The notes: a model not told the origin generated them from the letters alone. 64,000 nt of DNA from Antedon mediterranea (GCF_964355755.1 NC_092671.1:1302001-1366000); one strand, 5' to 3'; shown: positions 15,001-30,000, counted from the stretch's first letter. Numbers and translations are program-made.

Positions 15001-18000
15001 TGACTGTTAAAAGTATCATGTGACTTTAAATTAGAAACTACATAATTATTATCATTGTATATACTATAGTTTACAGGCACACTGCACCCATATTCTCACA
15101 ACAATCAATCTTTGTCCTATGACGTTCACATAATAGCTATCATTGTTCGTGAAACTTTGTAATATTGTACAATACCATTGAGGAATGACAATCCTTTTGT
15201 GATCATTCTGTGACTCTTAATAGATTAACCTTCAATATTTTTATGAACAATTTTACAATCTCTCCCACTTACTTGTGACCATAACGGTAACCTATTAACT
15301 TGCATGAAATACAGCCGCCTTTTATTCGCCATTGTTTATAACCAGTTTAATTTTAAAATAAAGAAACGTGAACTTGTTTTGTTTTTTGTTTAGAAACTAC
15401 AGTAATCCTATGAATCAATTGTAGTGTTAAACGCATCCTGGACAATAAACATTTGTATAGATCAAACTCAATATTTTCTCTTACAGCTAGTACTTAGTTG
15501 TTATTTATTTGGTTATTTAATGCTACTGTATAGTACCTAGAGTAGGCTATATCGATAGGGATGTCCCCCTAATAAGGGGTAGCCTTTAGTGTTAAAACAC
15601 AGTATTTCCCCTGTTCATTTTATTAATGATAATAGGGCTGTTCAAAAGGAGGGGCGCTAATGTATATTGAAATTACCATTATGTTTATCAATAAATTATG
15701 ATTACTGTATTTATTTATAAAGGCAATTGTAAAGCAAAATGTTAGCAGAGACAGACTGTGAATGAATGCGTACACAGTAACAGCAGGAGGTGTTATCCTG
15801 CACACTTGAACTTCTTTAGGCTATACACATCTTAAACATCAAATTTCAATTAAGCTAATGGGTCAATTGAGGTCAAATCAGAGGATTCAAATTTACAAAA
15901 AAATATCTTTGTCACCAATGTACTACACAAAAACATAAAATATAGATTTCGTCAATTTACTTAAAAATAAATTAAATACTAACACACAGTCATAATATAG
16001 GAGATCACTACACAGGAGGCATCATGGGGAATTTCTGGTCAGAAAAAAGTGTGTTTACGATTTTCAGTAATTATTTACGTTCTATTTAAAGTATAGCATA
16101 ACACAATTTCTAAAGTAGCAACAATATTTATAATTTAGATTTAATGGCACTAAATGACCCTGACCGTTACATGACCCTTAAATATCGTTTTCATAATGAC
16201 CATATATTTGTATAGCAAACTAACTATAAATTGATTTTTTAAATAAATTTCATATTCTATTGTTAAACTATTCATATTTTTTATTTTTGCATGTATTTTC
16301 TCTATTGTTGGCTTAAGTGATTATACTTAATCACACGAAGGTTTTTGAAATATTTAAATAAACGATCATTTTCTACTAGGAGATTTTATATATAAATAAT
16401 AAACAATTATAAACAATGCCCTTATTGAAGCTCAATTACTCTAGTTGTCACAGTATTTGAAAGTTCGTTAAATCAACCAACTTTTACAAGAAATAAGAAC
16501 ATCTTGAGATTGAAACAGGTCTGAAAATGAACTTCTTTTGTGTCGTGAAGAATACACCACAGATTCAACCAAGAATGTAAAGCAATAGTGGCTTCAGATG
16601 TCATAAAAAGACTACTTACCAGTACTTAAAAAATCAGTTTTGTAAAACTAGAACACATTATTCCCATTGTCTAAATGCAGTAATCCTTTACTCCTTTGTA
16701 ATTGGCCACATTAAGAAATCTAGTGTAATGTTTTACTTGTAACGTCCACTCACAAAATGGCAACCAATGCAGACAATAACAACAACACCGACTGGTGTAG
16801 ATTTTATTGTTCAAGTGATATTCTTTGTGGTTAAGGTTGATTGAAGATATATCTCAAATGTTCTCACGCTTTCATTTTAGGATTTTATATTCATCTAAAT
16901 AGACATCTGATAAAATGCTCTGATAAACGATAAAAGACCTAAATACTGATCTGATCTCGATTCATTCATGCATATCTGAAGATCTTTACTATACCATTAA
17001 CTTTCCATTCAAAATAGATACATATGTTCATTTTTAACAACTTAAATGGCTCTCAACCATAGGACTACTGAGCAATCACAAATGCCTCACTGTTTGAATG
17101 CAATATACTAAATATATGAATGGCTTTATTATAATGAGTGAGCATTCAGGGGTGATACACAGTGTAAAACTAACTCACTAGAGATATCTGTAATCGGTTG
17201 TCGACGAGAGTCTTCAGTATTTTTAATGACACAAAAGTGCAACATAATTTAACCTTTTTTTTGCTCAAATGATGTTAATAGTTCTAATAAAACCATATTA
17301 TCATAAATGTCTTACAATTTGCATGAAATATTGATGAGTCAGACATCAAAGAATATGAGACGAAGAGATAATTTCTCTGAAAACTAAATTATTGGATTAA
17401 TTATTTGTCAGTATTTATGTTATTTATGTTATTTTTAACACATTGCTTTTCGTTTCTGGTAACATGTTGGGAGGGAGAAAGGGTTAATGTGCAGCTGTGA
17501 TATATTTGTTAGTGGTCCTAGACATGTAAGTCCCTTCTTAAACTATAATACACACCTGCGTTTGGTTGGTTACTTTTCCCTATAAAGTTTACTGTGAATG
17601 ATACTATAGTGGTAGACCTAGATTGAAATGAACCAACAAAAGTACAATTGCCACACACGGTTGTCAGAGCAGGTAGACAGAAACACCTGCAGCAGCAAAT
17701 CACCTGAGCACACCTACAGGCAATTGGCAACATTGTGTTTACTACTATAATCTGATATAGTAAATTAAATGTTCAACTTATTCTGAATGAATAATACTAA
17801 TCTCCAAATACTTTACTCATACACAAGTTTTTAAACTTTCATTTGGTTCAGCATGGAATTATTCAATACTTATTGTTTAAACAAGTTCAACTGATTAGCT
17901 CTACAAACAATAAAAGTATGATAAGTTCATAATAATTTATACCATATTTTCAATCCATATAAGTAAATTTCTATATGACTAAATACTAAGAACTGTCCAG

Positions 18001-21000
18001 TGCTTAGAGCCTTGAATTTTGCGCTATAGAAATTGAACATTAATTATATTGTTGTTAAGAATGATTTTTCATCTATAGCTGCACCCAGTTCCCTTTTATT
18101 AGTATCACAAGTGCAAGTAATTGATTCAGAAGGAGGAGTGGGGAGGAGGAGGAGGAGGGGAACCACATCATCCAAGTCTCCTCTGAAAATGAAATATTGG
18201 TATTTCAACCAATAAATAAGCCACTGAACTTATACAAAACAACATACTAGTACAATAATTGATTAGTTAGCAATTAAGGCAAGTACGACAAGTACACATG
18301 AGTGAAGCAATTTAAAAGGACACCTTCACAACAAAAACCCCATATTAATTAACAAGCAAGAAGGAATAATAATGCTCACAATAGTATTACTGTAGCTATT
18401 TTGCATTAATTAAACATCTTAAGTAGCTTTGTGTTGTTAAGACAATGTTTTAAACAAAGCTTGTTGTATTTAAGAAAAATGAATTATAAAAGATTATCAG
18501 TGTACATACTGTACATAGAGGAATATAAAACGTTCCTATTAAGGGGAGACTTACCCATGAAATGAACAAGGAGAAATAGGTTTTAAGACAGTCAACTCTT
18601 ATCCAGAGACACCCCTTTTTAAGGGGACACTTTGTTAGACCCTGATAATGTCCCCTTAATAGGGTCTCTACTGAACAACTATTTAAAAGTCTACTGTATA
18701 TCATTAAATAAAATATATAGATAGTATTCCTATCTAGAAATAGGCAAGTGATTTTGTACTCTGCGTATTAATGACGAATGACAATTTGGAAACAAATTAC
18801 ATATTTTCCCAAAGGATTCAGTGAATTTCCACAATAATTACTATGCTCCTATTTTTGCATAATTATAATAAATATTGGAATTTCATAGTTAATGATTTCA
18901 ACATCTAGAAAATAAACCATGATACAAGAAATAGTACACAGAACCAAGAAAACGTAAACTGACCTAAATATTTTACGTTTTTTTTTGTGAAAATTTATGA
19001 ATTATCAAAAGAATATTATTCAATCTAATAATCAATCATAACATAGCTGAAAATTACAGTATATAAATAGTAGTATTCCGATCGCTGAAATATAAATTGA
19101 ATAATACCACAATTTAGAAACTTGCGATGTGTAGGTCAAAACAAAATAAACAAAAGCTGGTGCATTGGCATTCATCCAAATGTGTAAGTAATTCCAAAAC
19201 ATTCTACGTACTTTACAGGTTCACTCGTACGTGATGGCGCATTTCTTTCATCCGTTCGGTGGCCAAACAATGTTGACATTAATTTCTCCAGGTCATCCAT
19301 CTTTTTATCAAACTCCTTCACTCTTGTTCGGAAACTTTCATCCATCTTGGTTGATTATCTTCCACCAGAGAGGACTGCTCAAAAGGAATTCTCCTACCAA
19401 ATATGAAACCTTACACGAGAAAATAATACTAGACAAGCTGATCATAGCACATCATTATAGCATTCTTAACTGCAGCAAGTTGAGATGTTACAGCATGGTG
19501 TACCGTTGGTGTAAGCCAATCGATGGGACTAGTTTCTATAAATGCTTGCCTATGTTCACTTTCCGCTCAACAAAGAGGTTTTTTACTCAATTTGATTAAC
19601 TCTACTTGAGAAAGCGCATGGTTCCAGGCTGTCTGTATGAATACACATAACAAATCCATACTGTTTTCTTTGTGTGTTCTGCCTTCGGGATAAATACAGC
19701 CAGGTATGATAATCGTCTTGCTTACTAAAAGGTAGACTACTAAGCATTAAGATATGTACATCATTAAGAAACCACTAATAATGTATGAATAACTTACATT
19801 CATACTGAACCATAACACCGTAACACTTTACAATTCCGACTCATTTACGCAAAATTAAGACGTTATGATTGGATGGTTTGTTTCGATCAAATTGTTTTCA
19901 ATCATATAGCAGACAACCATAGATATTTCATCTCAATTAACTTTCAATCAAGGTAAATAAAATTATTAGGACAACGACCACCTTTAGGATGTGACACGAT
20001 CACCTTCAAACTATTGATTCTACTTAATGTATGTAATATGATAATACTAATTCAATAGTTAAAGTTATAAATGTCACTAAAACTAATATTATTTATAAAA
20101 TTTATTAAGACTACATTATTGATTACAGGACGACTACCTTGAATGATATTAAGAGACCACTCTGAAAAATCACTTTGTACAAAATGTTTCAGTTTTGAAT
20201 CTGCATTCTTGTCAAAACCTAGCTTACAGGTAAACATTTCATTCATGTAAAAATAACTTTAAAACCATAGAAACTTGTTGATTGACAGATGACAGGTGAT
20301 AGACAGGAAATATTAAACCACAAGTATTTATCAAGGACCAGACACCTCCAGAAAATGATAAAACAAAGGTATCCTACCAGCTAAGCTAATCTATCCTAAT
20401 AACAAGCCATGGATCACGAAAGGCGTTAAATTACTGTTGTGTGAGAAACGTAAAGCCTTTAAGATGGGCGACTCTAATCGTATGAAAATATTGACTAGAG
20501 AGATTAAATCTGAAATAATGAAACAGAAGAACATTTATAAGAAAAAAGTTGAACATAACTTCAGGTCTAATAATATGAAACAAGTTTGGCAGGGTATTAA
20601 ACTTATGAGTGGTTACACAAACGGTGGTAATACACCCACCTCGATTCCGAATGTTACTGTGCAATATGTTAATGAGTTAAATGAATTCATTTTATAACCG
20701 TTTTAATGTTCATGATTTTAAAAAAGAAAGAGAGGCCCTATTTAGCTTGTGTCGGGTGACTGAAGATGATCCCAAATTTAGTATAAGCATTTCTGATGTA
20801 CATAACGAATTCATGAAACTCAATTCATCGAAGGCTGCTGGGCCGGATAGAATCCCTCCACGAGTACTTAAGGTCTGCTCTCCTCACCTTGATGGTATAT
20901 TTACATTTATTTTCAATATGTGTCTTTCTTATCATGCGTTCCCGGATATTTGGAAACTTTCATGCATAATACCGGTCCCTAAGAAACCTAAGATTAACAG

Positions 21001-24000
21001 CATGAATGATTTGAGACCCGTTGCACTCACGTCTGTCGCGATGAAAAATTTGGAACGTATTATTATAAAAATTATGCAACCTTATGCTGAAAAAGTGTTA
21101 GACCCGTTGCAATTTGCTTACCGATCACTCCGTAGTACCAGTGATGCGATTTATTTTAAATTACATAAATTGTATTCACATCTAGATAATGTAAAGAAAG
21201 GCCACTCGGCACGTATTATGTATTTTGATTTTCAGTCTGCGTTTAATACCATACAACCCCATATCTTAGCAGACAAAATGTTGAATATGGAGTTTCCCCG
21301 TCCGATTGTTCGTTTAGTTTTAAATTTCATTTGTGATAGAAAACAATTTGTTAATATTAATGGTGTTAAGTCAGAAATCGTAACCTCTGACACCGGTGTT
21401 CCTCAGGGTACTGTCAACGCACCTAAATTATATTCCTTGTATACGGCTGATTACAGATCTTTAAATGATGAGCTTTGCCCCATTGTTAAATTCGCTGATG
21501 ACACTAGTACTATTGGTCTCATAGTTTCAAACAATGATGAAAATTATCGTAGCGAAATACAAAGATTTGTAAAATTTTGTGACGATAATTATCTCCAAAT
21601 AAATGCATCAAAAACAAAGGAGATGATCATTGATTTTAGGACTAAACATAAATTTAATTTTCAACCAATCACTATCAAAGGTAAAGAAATTGAAATTGTT
21701 GACCAGTACAAAATCTAGGAATTGTTTTCAATGATAAACTGAATTGGGGAGACCATATAGACTACATCAGCAAAAAATTAAATCCCAGAATGTATTGTAT
21801 GAGAACTTTATATAAATTTAACTCCTGTGATTTGATGTTACTTTCGTTTTATAGATCCGTTATAAGTAGTGTTTGGACGTATTGCCTCTCCTGTTGGGCT
21901 GGTAATGTTACCGGAGGGAATAAAGGACGCCTTGAAACTTTCATCCGTCGGGCTGGTAAAATGATTGGTCTGGAACTGCCTTCCTTTACCGATGTGCACC
22001 TAGAACACCTCCAGAAAGATTTCGAACGCATTGAGTCGGATGCCTCTCATCCTCTCCACAAAGTGATCATAGACCAACTTAATCCAAGTGGTAGATTGAG
22101 GCTCCTCAGTGTGAAAACAAATCGATTTGCTAAATCCTTTATTCCCTCCGGTATCATCCAGTACAACAGGAAGTCAAGAAGATAATTTTATCTTGTAATT
22201 TTTTAGATGTTTTTATATGAATGGTTTTATGCTATATTTGTTTTTATTGTGTTTTCTTTGTTATTTGACGAGCAATGAATTTCCTTGTTAAGGATCAATA
22301 AAAGTTATCTTATCTTATCTTATCAAAAGCCTGACTCCAGAGCGTGTATACCAAGATGATATGAAGAGAAATTGTTGATAACAAGATGATGAATACTGAC
22401 TAAGATAAGATATTAAACATACTATTCAGCATACTAAATAGAGTATTCTCAGTTATAGTATGTTTTCATCATACTGATATAGTATCACTGGTTTTCTTAA
22501 TAATTTTCAAACACCTCTTTCGAGTCTAATACACAGAATACTATCTCAATTATCAGTTCACTTCCTCTTGGAATCTTTTGTCTGGAACAAATTGCCGACA
22601 CAAAATCCCTTGTATCCTGTGGTACCCCAACTGTTAGTCCAGATTAAATTTGATTTCTTTGTTTTCCCCTAGATGATTTATTTCTCAATTGATAAAACTG
22701 AACAATTCTTCCTTAGTTCTTCTCTCTGATGAAACCACTCCAAGCACAAGTCCCATAAGAATATCTTCTGACCACTCACTCATTGCAACATGAACCTCAT
22801 CTGACCACTCAATCAAATGTCCTAAAGATATTTTGACCAACTTAATCAAATGCATGTGCTTTAAAAAGTAATCAATATTATTGCTTTTGATTAAAATGTT
22901 CTATATTATTAATGTTTAATGTAAATACATTTTACTTTATTAAGGCCCTGTTCAGACCCATGGCGTTAGACCGTTTTAGCGTACGACGCTAAAAGAATGT
23001 GTGTCTGAACAGTTGGGGATTAGCGTACAACGCGTCGTACAACGGTTGTAGCGTTGTAGTGGAAAACGGTTGATAGTACCGTTTTAGCGTACGACGCTAC
23101 TGTAAGTCAACGTTGTATCCAATCAGAACGTTTCCTGTTATGACGCCAAACAAGGTTTGACCTAGGCTGACATCTTGTATCGTCAATGTGTGAGATGGAT
23201 TTCAATAACAAAAAGGCCAGAATAAATAAGGCCTAACTACACTACAAATACAACTGTTACAAAGGCTACAAACTATTATCAACTGATTACCATTATATTT
23301 TCTAACAAATGACATAAATACATGCACCTTGTATTTAAACATAGGGACTACGATCCCATCCGCTTTTAGGCCTAGCTAGGCCTAGAGCCATTCACGCATT
23401 TCATTCAAGCTAAAAACTAGCGTGGGACATCAAAAGTCACTCATTCATACAAGGCAGACTAGACTGGACAAGTTTAATGCTGAAAACCCCCTAACTCCTA
23501 AAAAAAACAGTAAACAAACAAGGGGAGCTGTGTCCCTTTTATTAGCAAGTTAAGGGTTATTTTCAACCGACTGGACCAAAGAATATATATCTTTGACTGG
23601 ACTGGATAGACTAATCTCAATCTTTTTTTTCTTCATCATTACGAGGACGAGGCCTGCTTTATTTTCGTAACACAAGAGCCTGGGGAAAATGTTTTTTACT
23701 ACAAAATAAAAACAATAGAAACAGAAATTTGACTTTACTATATTTTTCTTAAATAAATGCTGAGGTATGTTTTATTTACGGCAAATTTTGTCATAATATT
23801 GTAGGGCTGAGATCTAGGCCTATATACAGTGGAAATAATGATGAAAACACGTGGGTAAGAGCACATGAATATGCAACTAGAAACAACCTGGATGACGTAC
23901 TTCCGTTGTAACGATAATCGTACGCTATGGGTCTGAACACCTCGTTTTTTTCTCTGCGGTTTGTAACGTGACCTTGATAGTAACGTTGTACGCTAAAACG

Positions 24001-27000
24001 GTCTAACGCCATGGGTCTGAACAGGGCCTAAGTTGGAAAGAATAGAAACAAAAATAATAACTCCACTTGTACAAGATCGATCTCAATCTTTTGTAAAAGT
24101 AAACAAAATAAACAAAGATATCTTTTCTATTTCTGATAAATTATCATATTATGTCAACTTAACAGTTTATAAATAGAATATGTCAATCAATCACCAGACT
24201 CCAGTGTGAGATGATAAGAATGATGGTATTCTCTCCTTTACACCAATATCCTTCATCTTACTTCTAAGTTCTTTCCTAACTAATATTAACCCTCTCTATC
24301 CTCCTCTTAATTACAATGTTCTACTTCACTCACCTTTCTTTATTAAAACTACCCAAATTTCTATCCTCTTCCTTAATCATATCGTTCAAAAAAATATCTA
24401 TAGCTTATTCCTCAAGAAACAACTTTGAAAGCTTGCTGAATTTGGAACAAAAGTGATGTGTTTCCAAAGCACACCAATTAGCAATACAATAGGGAGTTAT
24501 AAAAACTCACTCTGCACCCTATAACCTGGCCTTCAAAAACACTTCAAACACTGTATAGCATTACACCTTAAACCTTTTATATAAATCTAATTAAAAAGTA
24601 GAAAACATTATTTTAGTTCCTTAAAGATGAAACAATTGACAACTTGTTCAACACAATACTGTTATTATTCCAGGTAAATAATTGTATTTTGTAAAATGAA
24701 CTTTTTAACAGAAAATTTACATAAAAATATTAATACATGAATGTAATCAAATATTAGTAAAATAGTCCTAATAATTGTGTACCGTATTGTAATCAATTCT
24801 GGAAAACTTATTTTTAAAACTTAAAAATTCACAATAAACCCTACATACCACCAAAAGATTTCAGTCAATATTCTGTTAATAATTCCATAGGTACAGCTAC
24901 TGATATGCACCTGTTTTCAAAAAGACAAAATGTGGTGTTCCAATGTGCTTCCTGAGTGACCACAGACGGTTAATAAATCATCACATTCCCCGGCTTAGGC
25001 CTAGGGATTTTGAGATAAAATAGCAATGATGCTTCTGATCTTGCACTGCTTTCCACAGGATCATTGGTTAGCTAAATCAACATATTCCCGGCTTAGGCCT
25101 AGGGATTGTAAGATATAAGTAGCAATGTTTGCTAGGATATTACAGGCTAATGTGCTATTCAAATGACTTCACCCATTAGTTATTTTTGATCTAGTAACAT
25201 CTGGAAAACTTCATGTAAAAACACTTTCCAACCAATTGTAAATGAGTAAATAAAATACAAGGTCTTTTAATGGCTGCCTTTAATTAACCATTGTCTGTTG
25301 TAGTTTTTTAGTCTTAACAGCCAGCCAATCAAATGCTACGAATTCATTCAATAAACAAACTTAAATCACTGAACACTAATACAAGTTTACAACTAAAATT
25401 CAACATCTGGGCTACATTTTTAATCCATTAAATTGTGCTTTCATCTTTTATGTAAATTGCTTTATTTTAAAATAGGGTTGGAAGAGAGTGGATGCGACAA
25501 ATTCCAATAAACATGTATGTCTTTGTCTACCTGTGTAAAGTTACTCATGTACAACATTACTAAAAGTACAACTCAAAATAACCTACAGTACTTAATCCAC
25601 GTCAACAAAAAAGTTGTTGATCGTCCATGACAAAATGAGATAGTACTATATGATAAGTCTTAGAAATTTACAAGCATTTGAATAAAATAATTTTCAATAC
25701 AAAGAGCTTTGAAAGAGAACTTTTCCAGTTAATTTTACAATTTCAGTTCCTCAGCAAAGGAGAAAACAATTTGTCTGGGCTATATTCCGATGTAGGGAGG
25801 AGACGATCGACAACATTTTTAACATCGTCTTATAGGTAAAGACTATGTCTTATGTCTATCAGCCTTAGAGATAGAATTCTTTTGTAAGCCAATGCATAGA
25901 AGGTGCACTGTGTAGAGGTCAATATCCTAATCTAAGGATTTTATCAATTTTATGTGACAAATTTTAAACATATGACATGGTATTTGAAATGAGTGACAGG
26001 CCTCACCTAAATACATGATATCAAGACTGAGTAAACAAACATACCAAACCTCTAAATAATCACATTGGAATGTTATCATGAATTGTGCCACATTGGAAAT
26101 TAAGTAGGGCTTAAAGTTAAGTACAATGAAAAAAAGAAGAGGCTTGTAAGAAATCCAATACTGTACAATATATCTACAGCTATTAGCTAAAAGTAACAAA
26201 AACTTGTACTGTTTTAAGGAACTGTGACGAAATACAATGCACAATGCTGTTTGTGGGGTAAGGGGGTGGATGGGTGGAGGGAGGGATGGAGAGAGGAAAT
26301 ACCGGTAGAAAGTTACTGGAAGACAGACAGCATGTCATCTACTGAAAGGAACACAAATTAAAGCTGAAAAAATGTGCATAATTAGCAACGAAAAAACATT
26401 TGTTTGCAAGAATTTGTGAAAACGAGATTTTTCATACTGGGAACTTACATTAAAAATTCAACAATTATGCCATTTTTTAATGTTTTGATTGATAAAAATG
26501 ATATTATAGGAATGCTAATAAACAGTACCAATAAATGGTGATTTTCAGCTTCAAATCAGCAGATTACATCTAGTACTTATTTAGTAGACATCTGTGCTTA
26601 ATTTCACAGGATGTTAACATACTGGGGCCAGTTATCTTAAGTGGGATCTCAGTAAAATTCTTACCACCAGAAATTCAGTCTCCTGATCTCTATGGGGACT
26701 TAATCTACAATATCTTTATACCTATTGTCAACATGAGAACTTAACGTATGTTCACACAGAGCCCAGAGTCCGGCGGAAATGTAAAAAATCTTTAAAATTG
26801 AGTAAATCCCAATTCTTTAAAAAAGTGCGTCTGTGAGTTTTCTTGAATCTTGTTTCCACTAATTAAAAAGGTGCAGTGTGACCAAGCTTTATCTCCAGAA
26901 AGTAGACAGTGTATTTAAACGTAAAAATACAACAATTGATGATGATGTTACTGATATTAATAAATATATTCTTAATCCTATGTTGAAACATATCACATTA

Positions 27001-30000
27001 ATGTTGAGATACACATCACATTCATTGCGACCAACTTATGTTTCGGAATGTACAGTTGCGATGTTTTCATGTGAAGTCACAAGGTCATTACTGATACCAT
27101 CGTACACTTAAGTACAGTCACTTAGGAATCATGTACGTGCTTTCGAACTTTATGTTTGTATGCATTTTGGCAAGTAAACATGTTAAAGTGGGATGATCAG
27201 AAGCCCAAACACATTATTTATATAAACTTGGTTCACATGGGAGTTGTATCCAGTAGAGTAGTCAACAGACTGTAAAATTAATGTGAACCATTAAATATAC
27301 CTAGAAGGGCTAATTATAACCTACAAGCATTTCAAGATAGTCTGATAACAATTGTAATCAACGGGACAAATCAATACCATAGCAATGCATCCAATAATTA
27401 TAAAACTACAGTGAGAATACAAAACATTCTTACTAGAGATCCTGCTGATGGGTTGCTAAGCAACCATAAAGTCGTTCACCCTAACATCCCAGTGGGTCTA
27501 ATACAGAAATGAAGAAATCGTTTACGTGAAATTACAAGTGGCACAAACCGAGGATACAAATAGGATACAAGGGTATTAAATACAGTTTGCATAAGAAGTA
27601 AATTGAATTCACTATTGAATTTAGCAGATATTATATCGCAGGGTGTGTGATCAGTTTACGCAGGAGTCAGCACTTACTATGATTCAATTTCAATGGACAC
27701 TCACGATCACTGCTCACATGTTTGTACAAATTAATTCTACTGTATCATGTTGATTTTGGACGTCGCCGACGTACTACTATGGATTTACTGTATATTAATC
27801 ACGAACATACAGTAACCAAGAGCAAATAATCCAAATGTCTTTGTCAAACAAAAAACTTGACTTTGAACAATGAGTTTCTCCATTCAATCTTTTTTTCATA
27901 AAAAAAAGTTCATAAGATATAGAGGGCAGTATACAAATCTCAATTGGTGTCTGAGAACCAATACTTCTGGATCGAATTGGTAAAAAATTAAGCAATAAAT
28001 AAAAAAAAAATAATTTAATGATTAAATTTAGGTAGTAGTATATTATTACTTTTAAAATATTGAATATTGTTTTATTTATTTATAATATCTTTTAAAGAAA
28101 TAATTTTGTAGATACAGATACTAGTTTTTTTGCGACATTCCTATTCAGGGGATATTTTTTTTTTTTTTTTTTTACCATATTTAATGAGGGTGATCCATCC
28201 AGCTATTGCTGATCATTAGGGACCCTCAGAGGTTCACAAGACAAACATATACACAAGATGCTCTACATAAACAAAGTCTTATTACAAGTCTTTGGGAGTG
28301 GAGTAATTTGGTCCTTAGAAAAAAATCCTGACATGTGACGGGACTTGAACCCAGGACCCTTGGAGTGGTAGCCAAGCATCATAACCACCAAGCCACAACT
28401 CCACACACTATCCCTAAAGGAACACCCTCTTATTTAGAGAACACTTTTGAATGTCCTAAAGGTGTCCCTAGTTGTTCTATTCTACTGTATAGTAAACTAT
28501 ATAATCAAGTTGAATGTCCTAAAGGTGTCCCTAGTTGTTCTATTCTACTGTATAGTAAACTATATAATCAAGTTGAATGTCCTAAAGGTGTCCCTAGTTG
28601 TTCTATTCTACTGTATAGTAAACTATATAATCAAGTTGAATGTCCTAAAGGTGTCCCTAGTTGTTCTATTCTACTGTATAGTAAACTATATAATCAAGTT
28701 GAATGTCCTAAAGGTGTCCCTAGTTGTTCTATTCTACTGTATAGTAAACTATATAATCAAGTTCTATAAATAGAATGCCCTTTTCTGTCAAGATGATGTC
28801 ATTATTATCACCAATAGCATGTGTTGAAATGTATTGCACTTCCAAGTATTTCATATAGGAATGTCATTACATTAAAGTAAACACACTCATCTACCAACTA
28901 CATCTGTCTTCAGTAGCTATACAAACTATACAACAATCTCACCATCATAGATGTTTAAACAATCTTACCATCATAGATGCTTAAATAGTAAGAATCAATT
29001 ACAGTATACTTAGCATAAATTCCCATGTTGTTGGAAAAATCTCTTTAAAATAATTGTCAAGAATTTATTGATCAAGTTGTGAAAAATGCAAGACCTGCAA
29101 TAATTTAAGTTGTTCAATTATTTTATGCATTTAAAAATTCTGTAGATAAATGGAACCTGATTTTTTTTAAATCATATAAATAACTTATATTTGCTTTATT
29201 GGTGTTAATAGAAAGATAATAATAATAATTCTCACTTTAATGATAGTATGATGGTCTTAATGGTAAAAAAGTATGATAAACATAATAATGATAAAGATGA
29301 CAATTATGATAATGATTGCAGTATGATGATGACATCATAACATTATAATAAATTGTTACAATGATAAACATGGCAATAATGATAAACTTAAATCTATCCA
29401 TCAATGTAATAACAATGGTACTCGATCCTGAAGTAGGCCCACAGAGAAAATCTTTCAAGAACCCATCTCCAACTTAAACAATTATAATACTAATGGAAGG
29501 CAGATGCAGACACATCACACTGCGGTACATAACATGTGCATGAGTGACTCTATATGTCAAGCATGGCTCCAGAGAGCTTCAAGACTGCAAACAAACAAAT
29601 GAGCTAGCCTAGGCTCCTCAGGTCGAGCTCCCACTATGATAAGACCAAGCAAGGATGAGGTTAAACAAAGATATCAAAATTGTTCTAATAGGAGCGCACA
29701 GACTCCTGCCGTGTATTCTTTTCGACGATACAAAACAGACAGTGGAATCTTTGAATCATTCATAAATATATGTGAAACATAAGCTTTCTTACCATACGGT
29801 TCTTACAGGTTAAATAATACAGATTGAAATCTGTATTAAAATACAGTATGTGCTTTGTTTGATATTTTGATGCTTTTAAGAAAAATATCTATAAGTATGC
29901 AAGATACAGTACGCGCTCTGTTTGGTGTTTTGATGTTTTAAAGAAAATATCTATATGTATGCAAGAGGTTTATTAGCCATTTGCATGGCAATTTTTCTAC

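Noticed and set aside
16620-16667. MGIMCSS... myristoylation-like start near a gtaagt donor
   Set aside because: An in-frame TAA occurs before the donor.
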